From the NCBI GenBank assembly GCA_043776215.1, contig JAYVRP010000807.1:1-56864 (forward strand): a DNA stretch of 56,864 bases, in the 5' to 3' direction. The notes under the pieces are model-generated. The model saw nothing but the letters and a program-made list of their open reading frames with translations. It was not told the origin of the DNA and did no database searches. This document shows positions 8,701 through 16,848 of this stretch, in pieces. The position numbers and the translations under genes were made by a program. How positions within the stretch are numbered: position 1 is the first letter of the stretch; every line of letters begins with the position of its first letter. The DNA comes from Rhodoferax sp. (GTDB taxonomy: Bacteria > Pseudomonadota > Gammaproteobacteria > Burkholderiales > Burkholderiaceae_C).

Positions 8701-9804
8701 ATGAAAATTCGCAAACTCGAGACCTTCTGCAATGAATTCGTCGGATTCGTGCGCGTCACGACCGACACCGGCGCGACCGGCTGGGGGCAGATCTCCACCT
8801 ACAACTCCGACATCACCGCCACCATCTTTCACCGCCAGATCGCACCCTGGTCCCTCGGTGCGGACGCGCTCGACATCGAGGCCTTGACGCTGTTGATTCC
8901 GGAGCGCGAACACAAGTACCCGGGCTCGTACATCTACCGCGCAATGGCGGGCCTGGATACCGCCTTGTGGGATCTGCGCGGCAAACTCGAAGGCAAGCCG
9001 GTCGTCGAACTGCTGGGTGGTCAACCGGGGCGGCTACGGGTCTATGCGTCCTCCATGCGGCGCGACATCACACCCGAGGATGAGGCGCGCCGGCTGGTGC
9101 GGTTGCGCGACGAGTGTGGCTACACCGCCTTCAAGTTCCGCGTCGCACGGGAATGCGGGCGCGATGTGGACGAATGGCCCGGCCGCACCGAGGCCATCGT
9201 GCCCGCCATGCGCAAGGCTATGGGCCCGGACATTGCCTTGATGGTCGACGGCAACTCCGGCTTCAGCCCGAAACGCGCGATCGAGGTCGGCAAGATGCTG
9301 CAGGACAACGGCGTGGAACATTTCGAGGAGCCGTGCCCGTACTGGGAGCTGGAGCAGACCCGGCAGGTCACCGAGGCCCTGAAGCTGGACGTGACAGGTG
9401 GCGAGCAGGACTGCGAATTCGCAAGCTGGCGCAACATGATTGCCATGCGCGCGGTCGATATCGTGCAGCCCGACGTGCTCTACATGGGCGGCATCGTGCG
9501 CTCGATGAAGGTAGCGAAGATGGCGCAGGATGCGGGCCTGTCATGCACGCCGCACAGCGCCAACCTGTCGATGGTGACGCTGTTCACCATGCACCTGCTG
9601 AAAGCCATTCCCAACGCCGGCAAGTATCTGGAGTTCTCGATCGAGGGCCCCGAGTACTACCCCTGGCAACAGGACTTGTTCGTCAAGTCGCCCTACACCA
9701 TCCGCGACGGGCACATTGACGTTTCCGGGGAGCCGGGTTGGGGCGTGGAGATCGCTCCCGACTGGCTGGCACGCTCCACCTACCAATGCAGCGAGGTTGC
9801 CTGA
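8701..9804 (+). CDS. Mandelate racemase/muconate lactonizing enzyme (enolase superfamily)
   Basis: RBS AAGGAG; DTALWDLRGK, KFR, MVDGN, FEEP, GGEQD, QPD, TPH. Confidence 0.9.
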   Translation: MKIRKLETFCNEFVGFVRVTTDTGATGWGQISTYNSDITATIFHRQIAPWSLGADALDIEALTLLIPEREHKYPGSYIYRAMAGLDTALWDLRGKLEGKPVVELLGGQPGRLRVYASSMRRDITPEDEARRLVRLRDECGYTAFKFRVARECGRDVDEWPGRTEAIVPAMRKAMGPDIALMVDGNSGFSPKRAIEVGKMLQDNGVEHFEEPCPYWELEQTRQVTEALKLDVTGGEQDCEFASWRNMIAMRAVDIVQPDVLYMGGIVRSMKVAKMAQDAGLSCTPHSANLSMVTLFTMHLLKAIPNAGKYLEFSIEGPEYYPWQQDLFVKSPYTIRDGHIDVSGEPGWGVEIAPDWLARSTYQCSEVA

Positions 9805-11297
9805 TGGCGTCCACCACCGAAGCGCTCAGCGCGCAATACCAGTCGACCGGCACCCTGAGCGGCCTGCCCGACGGGCACTTCATCGAAGGCGCTCTCTGCC
9901 CGTCGGTGGGAGGCCAGCGCATGGACAGCGTGGACCCCGGCAGCGGCAAGGAGTTCACCCGTTTCGCGGCCGGTGAAGCCGACGATGTGGACCGCGCCGT
10001 CATGTCGTCGGACCGGGCGATGCGCTCGAGCTGGCGCGATACCACACCGGCCGATCGTGGCCGCATCCTGCTGCGCGCGGCGCACGCGGTATTGGCGCAG
10101 GCCGAGCGCCTGGCCGTCGTGGAAACCATCGACAACGGCAAGCCGGTGGCGGAAGCCCTGGCCGACATGCGCTCCACCGCGCGCATCTTCGAATACTACG
10201 CAGGCATGGCCGACAAGCTGCAGGGCGACAGCATTCCGCTGGGGCGCAACTATGTGTCAATGACGGTGCGCGAACCGGTGGGCGTGACCGCGCACATCAT
10301 TCCCTGGAACTACCCGGCCTCGACCATGGCGCGTGGCATCGCACCGGCGCTGGCGGCAGGCTGCACGGTGGTGGTCAAGCCCGCCGAACAGACACCGCTC
10401 TCGGCGCTGCTGCTGGCGCAGATCCTGCACGACGCCGGCCTGCCCGCCGGCGTCTGCAATGTCGTGACCGGTACCGGAGCGGCTGCCGGCGCGGCGCTGG
10501 TGGCGCATCCGCTGGTGCGCCATGTCACCTTCACCGGTTCGGTCGCCACCGGTGGCCGGGTCATGCAGGCCGCGGCGCGCAACGTGGCGAGCGTCACGCT
10601 GGAACTCGGAGGCAAGTCACCGGCGGTGGTGCTGGCCGATTGCGACATGGCACATGCGGTGGGTGACGTGTTGTGGAGCATCTTCTACAACGCCGGGCAG
10701 ACCTGCTCCGCCGGGTCGCGCCTGGTGGTGGAACGCGGCATCCACACGCAGTTCGTCGAACAGTTGGCCGAGCGTGCCGGGGCGCTGCGGTGCGGCCACG
10801 GACTGGCCGCGCCGGACATCGGTGCCATCACCACGCATGAGCAGTGGCTCAAGATCGCGGCGTATGTGGACGCAGCGCGGGCCCGCGGCGCGCGCGTGGC
10901 CTGCGGCGGCGCGCCGGTGCAGGTCTCGTCGCATCCCGGTGGCTGGTACTACCAGCCGACCGTGCTCGATGACCTGCCGTCTGACGACCCGGTTGTGCAA
11001 GAGGAGATCTTTGGCCCGGTGCTGGCGGTGCAGGTCGCCGACTCGCCGGAACACGCGCTGGCATTGGCCAATGGCACTGCGTTCGGGCTGGCGGCAGGCA
11101 TCTATACCCGCAACATCACGCGTGCGCTGCAGATGGCGCGCGATATCGAAGCCGGGCAGGTCTACATTAACGAGTATTACGCCGGTGGTGTGGAAACCCC
11201 GTTTGGCGGCGTGAAGGCGTCCGGCTTTGGCCGCGAAAAAGGCTTGGAAGGGCTTTCGGCCTACCTGCGAACCAAGGCCATCACCGCGCGTATCTGA
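9804..11297 (+). CDS. Aldehyde dehydrogenase
   Basis: TGATG overlap with the upstream gene; IIPWNYP, VKPAEQTP, FTGS, LELGGKSP, GQTCSA, EEIFGPV. Confidence 0.93.
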   Translation: MASTTEALSAQYQSTGTLSGLPDGHFIEGALCPSVGGQRMDSVDPGSGKEFTRFAAGEADDVDRAVMSSDRAMRSSWRDTTPADRGRILLRAAHAVLAQAERLAVVETIDNGKPVAEALADMRSTARIFEYYAGMADKLQGDSIPLGRNYVSMTVREPVGVTAHIIPWNYPASTMARGIAPALAAGCTVVVKPAEQTPLSALLLAQILHDAGLPAGVCNVVTGTGAAAGAALVAHPLVRHVTFTGSVATGGRVMQAAARNVASVTLELGGKSPAVVLADCDMAHAVGDVLWSIFYNAGQTCSAGSRLVVERGIHTQFVEQLAERAGALRCGHGLAAPDIGAITTHEQWLKIAAYVDAARARGARVACGGAPVQVSSHPGGWYYQPTVLDDLPSDDPVVQEEIFGPVLAVQVADSPEHALALANGTAFGLAAGIYTRNITRALQMARDIEAGQVYINEYYAGGVETPFGGVKASGFGREKGLEGLSAYLRTKAITARI

Positions 11298-11351
11298 GGC
11301 GCCGACGCGCTCGGCCAGCAGCGCAAAACGCATTGCCACCGCCTCGCCAGC

Positions 11352-11465
11352 GAATAGGTTTTTTAGACGGCATGTTTACGTGCTGACCGGGACGGACTCA
11401 CCCGCACTGGGTGGTACACCGGGGAGTTCTTTGGGGGGGTGTTGGCCTGGCCGGCCGCACATTGC
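11352..11465 (-). mobile_element. Third IS91/ISCR-type downstream end (oriIS-like), no transposase
   Basis: About 100 bp closely similar to 5163-5260 (GACTCACCCGCACTGGGTGGTACACCGGGGAGTTCTTTGGGG...); minus strand ends GCCGTCTAAAAAACCTATTC. Confidence 0.7.
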
Positions 11466-11519
11466 GGCGGCACCCGGTGGTGCATGCGAGTGCCGATGAT
11501 GTTGCCCAGTACCCCAAAA

Positions 11520-11686
11520 GGGCGCCAGCACCGCAGCCAGCCGGAACAGGCCAGGCTGCGCATACAGCCCGCCGCCAGTGAAAATCACAAGCCGTATCAA
11601 CGAGGTGCCCATGATCAGCACGCCTAGCGTGGCGCGCAGCAGCGTGGCATCGTCGATGCGCCGCACAAGGTACATGGGGTAGATCA
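11520..11686 (-). pseudogene. TauE/SafE-like membrane protein fragment, 3' side of the IS66 insertion
   Basis: IYPMYLVRRIDDATLLRATLGVLIMGTSLIRLVIFTGGGLY; joins in frame with 16714-16790 once IS66 is removed. Confidence 0.6.
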
Positions 11687-11744
11687 GTAAGCGCCCAGCG
11701 AACACATATTGAGCCTGTCCGAGGGCGAAGACATAGTGTGCACG

Positions 11745-12110
11745 ATGAAGATCGTGGACACCATGTCGAAGGCTCTTGTTGCCAAGAGCCCGTTGCGCCG
11801 GGCGTACAGCGCGCAGTTCAAAGCCCAGGTAGTGCAGGAGTGCGGGCGTCGTGGGGCGTCCGTCGCTGGTGTTGCGTTGTCGCACGGGATCAACGCCAAC
11901 ATCGTGCACCGCTGGCTGCGCGAGCAAGGTGGTGGCGCACTGTTGGTGCAGCCATTGGCGCATTTCCTTCCGGTTACGCTGGACGCGCCACCCATACCCA
12001 GTGCGGACATTCGTGTCGAAGTGCGCCGAGGGATGAGCGCCATCGTCGTGAGCTGGCCGCTCGAAGGTGCCAGCTCCTGTGCGGCCTGGCTGCGCGATTG
12101 GCTCAAGTGA
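11745..12110 (+). CDS. tnpA: IS66 accessory protein TnpA (HTH)
   Basis: RRAYSAQFKAQVVQEC..GASVAGVALSHGINANIVHRW; start could also be TTG 11709. Confidence 0.88.
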   Translation: MKIVDTMSKALVAKSPLRRAYSAQFKAQVVQECGRRGASVAGVALSHGINANIVHRWLREQGGGALLVQPLAHFLPVTLDAPPIPSADIRVEVRRGMSAIVVSWPLEGASSCAAWLRDWLK

Positions 12111-12439
12111 TCCGCATCGACGTGGTATGGCTGGCCACAGACCCGATGGATATGCGCGCCGGCACCGACACCGCCTTGGCCCGGGTGGTTCGCGTCTTTG
12201 GTTCAGCGCGACCGCACACAGCCTACCTGTTTGCCAACCGGCGCGCCAACAGAATCAAGGCGTTGGTACATGACGGCATAGGCATCTGGCTGGTGGCACG
12301 CCGGCTCAATCAGGGCCGGTTTGTCTGGCCCAGCTCAGCGGCAACGCAACTCTCACTGAGCCGTCCTCAACTCGACGCGCTGGTGCTGGGCCTGCCCTGG
12401 CAACGCATCGGAGAAGCGGGCATGATCACGATAGTGTGA
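12107..12439 (+). CDS. tnpB: IS66 accessory protein TnpB
   Basis: GTGA overlap; IRIDVVWLATDPMDMRAG, YLFANRRANRIKALVHDGIGIWL..RRLNQGRFVWP. Confidence 0.92.
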   Translation: MIRIDVVWLATDPMDMRAGTDTALARVVRVFGSARPHTAYLFANRRANRIKALVHDGIGIWLVARRLNQGRFVWPSSAATQLSLSRPQLDALVLGLPWQRIGEAGMITIV

Positions 12440-12521
12440 TCATTCGCGCAGTTGCTGCGCCGATGCAATTGGGGGATATGCCAATGGCGCACATCGTCGT
12501 GCACCGGCACACTGCAGTTCC

Positions 12522-13855
12522 ATGATGGATGCCGAGCAGCTGCACGACCTGGACGAATCGCAATTGCGCGATCTGGCCACGCAGCTGCTGCAGCGCATCG
12601 AGCGCGACTCGCGCGAGATCAATTGGCGCGACGCCAAGATTGAGAAGCTCACTTTCGAGATGGCGCAGCTCAAGCGCATCAAGTACGGCACCAAGAGCGA
12701 GCAGATGGATGCGGCGCAGAAGGCCCTGTTCGACGAAGGCGTGGACGCCGACCTGGCCGCCATCGAGGCCGAACTCGAAGAGTTGAAGGCAGCCACCAAG
12801 CCGGCTCCTGAAGGCGACAAACGCCCCAAGCGCGCGCCGCTGCCCGAGCACCTGCCGCGCGTGGAGCGCCACCATGAGCCCCAGAGCACCACCTGTGGCT
12901 GTGGTTGTGAGCTCAAGCGCATTGGCCAGGATGTCAGCGAGAAGTTGGACTACCAGCCCGGCCTGTTTACGGTGGAACGCCATATCCGTGGCAAATGGGC
13001 CTGTGCCAAGTGCCAGACCTTGGTGCAGGCCCCGGTTCCTGCCGAAGTCATCGATAAAGGGATTCCCACAGCCGGCCTGCTGGCGCATGTACTGGTTGCC
13101 AAGCATGCTGATCACTTGCCGCTGTACCGCCAGGAGGCCATCTTTGGCCGTGCAGGACTGGCGATCCCGCGCTCAACCATGGGCGCCTGGGTGGGGGTGT
13201 GCGGTGTTCGGCTGCAGCCACTGGTGGATGCGCTCAAGCGCCATGTGTTGGAGTGCCAGGTTGTGCATGCTGACGAGACGCCTGTGGCCATGCTGGCACC
13301 AGGCAGCGGCAAGACGCACCGGGCCTATCTGTGGGCGTACGCCGCCGGCATGTTCGAACCACTGCGCGCCGTTGTCTACGACTTCCAGGCCAGTCGAGCC
13401 GGCGAGCACGCGCGCAACTTCCTTGGTAACTGGAAGGGTAGTCTGGTCTGTGACGACTTCAGCGGCTACAAAGCCTGCTTTGCCACCGGTGCCGTGGTGG
13501 AGGTGGGCTGTATGGCCCACGCCCGGCGCAAGTTCTTTGATCTGCATGTGGCCAACAAGAGCACGATTGCCCAGACGGCGCTGGAATTCATCGGACAACT
13601 GTATGGAGTTGAGCGCGAAGCCAGAGATCGTCCACCAGATGAGCGGCTGCAATTGCGACGAAGTCGATCACAACCGATTGCAGATGCGTTTCACACCTGG
13701 TTATTGGGGCAGCGAGCCAAGATTACCGATGGCACAGCCACGGCCAAAGCCATCGACTACAGCCTCAAGCGCTGGGTGGCGCTCACCCGTTTCCTGAACG
13801 ATCCGGCATTGCCCATCGACAACAACCACGATGAGCAGCAGATCCGACCATGGGC
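12522..13855 (+). pseudogene. tnpC: IS66 transposase TnpC, 5' part, interrupted at IRPWA
   Basis: KYGTKSEQ, HLPLYRQE, HADETPV, GCMAHARRKF, PIDNNHDEQQIRPWA; then the element insertion. Confidence 0.92.
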
Positions 13856-13883
13856 AATGGCTTGTTCATAGTGCCCCGCCTCG

Positions 13884-15953
13884 TTAAGTGATTGAAAACA
13901 TTGATATCTGGTTCTCGGCATCGATGCGACACGGGCGATCTGTTCGCGCGGCGGCGGCGATGACCGTCTGATCCAGCAGATCGCCGGCCCGAATCTGATA
14001 CGGCGCACGCGGCACGACTTGCTCGGCACGCAATAGTCCTTCCTTGATGAGGCGCCGAATGCGGTGGTTGTTGACGCCGAGTTTGGCGGCGGCCTCCGAC
14101 ATGGTCAACCACTCGCCATTCTTATGCGCCGAGCGGTACGCACGGATGTCGTTGGCCATGCGCACGGAGCTCACGCGATGCGCGGTCCACGTCTTGCCTT
14201 GACCTGTGGGAAGGCCCATGCGGTTGAGCGTCGCGGCGATGTGCTCGTCGGACCATTTGCCCGCCATGCTTCGCATGACGGCCAACGCTTCATCCGGCGT
14301 ACGGCAGCCGTGCTCGCCTGTGCGTGGCTTGACGACCCTCACCTGCGAATGCTGTCCGCCGCGCCAGTGGATCGTCAGCACGACCTCTCGGACCGCATCA
14401 TCGACATCGACGACGATGTCCTTGACGAGGGTGCGCAGCAGTTGCTGGCGCGCGCGCATCGTCACGCCCGGCGCACTCCACGCCGCGGCGAGATCTTCGG
14501 CGATGCCGGCAAAATCGGGCCTGGACGAGGACTGCGCCTGCTCGACCGGATTCAAGCGCTGCTCGCAGGCCAGCACGCGTTGCAGCGCGCCCTCCCAACT
14601 CTTCTCGAGCTGGGCCGCGATCAGTCGGTTGTCGGGATCGCATGCTGCATAGCGCCGCTCGGCCAGCTTGGCCTCATAGCCTGCCTGCTGCAATTCGAGC
14701 TCCACGATGCGCCGTTGATCGACCTGCACTTCCATGTGTCTCCGTTCGGCCTGCAGCGCAGCCTCGATGGCCATAGGCTCGACGGCGCGCAAGAGCTCCC
14801 GCGTGATCGCTTCATCGGGTCGGCGCCCGCCGAACGTGAAGCATCGAGGCTGTGCCAATTGCAGGTTGGGACGGTCACATCGATACACCGCTTGGGGCAC
14901 CCCGCGCCCTGTGTATGCCACCACCAGGCGTCGTCCACATCGACCACAGCACAGCATTCCCGCGAGCAGCGCCCGGCCACCGCGACCGGACTTCGCACCA
15001 TCCACTTTACCGTAGGCATTGACGGCAAGCTGCTTCTGATTGCGCTCGTACTCGGCCCAGTCGATGTAGGCCTCGTGATGCTTCTTGAGCATCACGTCCC
15101 ACCGATCTAGCGGCTTACCGTGCTTGTAGGTCTTGCGAATCCGCCCGTCCACGAGGGCCGTGCGCTTCTCGCTCTTGCCGTACGCGTAGACGCCTGCATA
15201 GAAGGGATTCTTGAGTACCGAGATCACGTTGCGGTACCGGATCGGCGTCCAGTCGAAGTTCACCATCTTCTTGCCGTCCGATGGTCGAGGGAAGTGGACT
15301 CCGTCGGCGGCGAGGGACAGCATGACTTGGCGGCCGCTGCCGAGCTGGCGAAACCGCTCGAAGATCAACCGGATCGTCTCCTGAAGGCGCAGGTCCGGGT
15401 CCAAGCCCAGGCCGATCTCGCGATGCCAGATGTAGCCGATCGGCACACTGATGCGCAGCTCGCCGCGATGGGCTTTGGCGCGGGCTGCGTCGAACATCCT
15501 GGCCCTGAGGACACCCAGCTCGAACTCGCTGATGCTGCCCTTCATGCCCAGCAGCAGCCGGTCGTTGGGCCGACATGGGTCGTACACGCCGTCCAGATCG
15601 ATGACCCGTGCCTCGACCAGACCGCACAGTTCCAGCAGGTGGTGCCAGTCGCGTCCGTTGCGAGCAAGCCGCGACGCGTCAAAGCACAGGACGGCGCCGA
15701 CTTCGCCGGCGCACAACCACGCCACGAGGCGATCGAAGCCCGGGCGAGCCACCATGCCGCTGGCCGACCGGCCCAGGTCATCGTCGATGACCTCCACCTG
15801 CGTGAAACCGCGGCGGCGAGCTTCCGCCACGAGGTCGTACTGCCGGCGCTTGCTCTCCAGGTTGTTCTGGACCTGCGTCTGTGTGGACTGACGCACATAG
15901 ACGACCGCCTTGCGCCGAAGGACTTCTGCCGGCAACTGTTCAGCGTTCGTCAT
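13884..15953 (-). CDS. Large serine recombinase (resolvase + recombinase + Zn ribbon + C-terminal HTH)
   Basis: AVVYVRQST catalytic Ser, DDDLGRSASG, DASRLARN, CGRCG..YRC, C-terminal WLTMSEAAAKLGVNNHRIRRLIKEGLL; alternative start GTG 15959. Confidence 0.93.
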   Translation of the reverse strand: MTNAEQLPAEVLRRKAVVYVRQSTQTQVQNNLESKRRQYDLVAEARRRGFTQVEVIDDDLGRSASGMVARPGFDRLVAWLCAGEVGAVLCFDASRLARNGRDWHHLLELCGLVEARVIDLDGVYDPCRPNDRLLLGMKGSISEFELGVLRARMFDAARAKAHRGELRISVPIGYIWHREIGLGLDPDLRLQETIRLIFERFRQLGSGRQVMLSLAADGVHFPRPSDGKKMVNFDWTPIRYRNVISVLKNPFYAGVYAYGKSEKRTALVDGRIRKTYKHGKPLDRWDVMLKKHHEAYIDWAEYERNQKQLAVNAYGKVDGAKSGRGGRALLAGMLCCGRCGRRLVVAYTGRGVPQAVYRCDRPNLQLAQPRCFTFGGRRPDEAITRELLRAVEPMAIEAALQAERRHMEVQVDQRRIVELELQQAGYEAKLAERRYAACDPDNRLIAAQLEKSWEGALQRVLACEQRLNPVEQAQSSSRPDFAGIAEDLAAAWSAPGVTMRARQQLLRTLVKDIVVDVDDAVREVVLTIHWRGGQHSQVRVVKPRTGEHGCRTPDEALAVMRSMAGKWSDEHIAATLNRMGLPTGQGKTWTAHRVSSVRMANDIRAYRSAHKNGEWLTMSEAAAKLGVNNHRIRRLIKEGLLRAEQVVPRAPYQIRAGDLLDQTVIAAAARTDRPCRIDAENQISMFSIT

Positions 15954-16149
15954 GGTCACTCCCCGCGGCCGGAACGCCGGCTGCTTGCAACAGGAGGAGC
16001 GCCAGCTTCATGACCACCCTGTTGCGTTCGCTCGGGTCCAGGTCTTGAAGCATCGGGGACTCGAACGCGATGCTCAGTTGACGTTGGGCTGGTGTCGTTG
16101 GCGGTGCCGACCTCGTCGGCAGCCGATAAGGTCTGGGCAGATGGGTCAT
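15940..16149 (-). CDS. Small 69-aa protein overlapping the recombinase start (candidate accessory/directionality factor)
   Basis: RBS GAGGCG, ATG 16149; QRQLSIAFESPMLQDLDPSERNRVVMKLALLLLQAAG; stop lies inside the LSR 5' end. Confidence 0.6.
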   Translation of the reverse strand: MTHLPRPYRLPTRSAPPTTPAQRQLSIAFESPMLQDLDPSERNRVVMKLALLLLQAAGVPAAGSDHDER

Positions 16150-16462
16150 GGTGCGCCTCGCAGGTGTGAAAAACACCTGCGAAGCTTCGCCGAAGTCCTT
16201 GCTGAGACAGCACCAAATGCAGGTCTGCGAGCGCCTCCACCGACGCTCGCGGGGTGCCCAGTTCCATGTGTGCGCATGCAACGGCATCCAGCATCCAGGC
16301 GGCGACGACGATCACAACGCCTGGTGCGAACTCGACATGAACGACATTGCCGGTGGCGCGCTGCTCGCTGTACTGGCGCTTGACGCGACGACCATACAGC
16401 GGGTGCCAGCGGTAGAAAACCTCAACTTCTTGCCCGACATGGGCAGAATGACCCGGAGATTG
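15956..16462 (-). CDS. Start-less ORF running to the element boundary; completed to 173 aa on the excised circle
   Basis: Stop-free from the att core: QSPGHSAHVGQEVEVFYRWHPLYGRRVKRQYSEQR...AAWMLD..C; recalled similarity to DUF5372/Y4bD-type proteins is unverified. Confidence 0.7.
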   Translation of the reverse strand, partial: QSPGHSAHVGQEVEVFYRWHPLYGRRVKRQYSEQRATGNVVHVEFAPGVVIVVAAWMLDAVACAHMELGTPRASVEALADLHLVLSQQGLRRSFAGVFHTCEAHHDPSAQTLSAADEVGTANDTSPTSTEHRVRVPDASRPGPERTQQGGHEAGAPPVASSRRSGRGE

Positions 16463-16463
16463 C

Positions 16464-16665
16464 GAGCGGGCGCAAGAACTGGCTGTTTGCCGGAACGCTG
16501 ATGGCGGGGCAACGCGCCGCTGCCATCACCAGCCTGATCCAGTCGGCCAAGCTCAACGGGCACGATCCGTACGCCTACCTCAAGGACGTGCTGAGCAGGC
16601 TGCCGACTCACAAGGCGCGCGACATCGACCAGTTGCTGCCGCATCTGTGGCAGCCCGCAGGCTGA
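16464..16665 (+). pseudogene. tnpC: IS66 TnpC 3' part
   Basis: SGRKNWLFAGTLMAGQRAAAITSLIQSAKLNGHDPYAYLKDVLSRLPTH..IDQLLPHLW stop. Confidence 0.92.
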
Positions 16666-16713
16666 GAACGAACTTGCCGGGCGGCGTCAATGGTGTGTTC
16701 ACTGGGCGCTTAC

Positions 16714-16790
16714 GTAGATCACCCCTCCGGTGCCAAACGACGCGGTGAAGGTGCAACCCGCCAGACTGGCGGGCACTGAACAGCGCGGCG
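16714..16790 (-). pseudogene. TauE/SafE-like fragment, 5' side of the IS66 insertion
   Basis: LAGCTFTASFGTGGVIY continues across the TSD into IYPMYLVRR. Confidence 0.55.
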
Positions 16791-16848
16791 ACACCGGCCT
16801 GGGGTCGAGTTTGCCGAACAGGCTCCACAATGCAGGCGCAGCAGCGCA

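Larger units (their letters stand above)
13854..16463 (-). mobile_element. Large-serine-recombinase mini integrative element (2608 bp plus duplicated GC core) in IS66 tnpC
   Basis: Junctions CCATGG[GC]AATGGC and GAGATT[GC]GAGCGG; removal gives TGG GCG AGC GGG CGC AAG (W-A-S-G-R-K), continuing tnpC in frame. Confidence 0.9.
11687..16713 (+). mobile_element. IS66-family element carrying a nested serine-recombinase element
   Basis: IRL GTAAGCGCCCAGCGAACACA, IRR (reverse complement) GTAAGCGCCCAGTGAACACA; perfect 8-bp TSD GTAGATCA at 11679-11686 and 16714-16721. Confidence 0.95.

Noticed and set aside
12107-12439. IS66 TnpB as an RNA-guided TnpB nuclease
   Set aside because: Name coincidence; this is the ~110-aa IS66 accessory protein with no RuvC motifs.
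14064-16013. Long plus-strand ORFs (348 and 297 aa) opposite the recombinase
   Set aside because: Antisense shadows typical of high-GC coding DNA, with no motifs. The same applies to 19467-20864, 21303-22715, 26614-28200 and 37876-39780.
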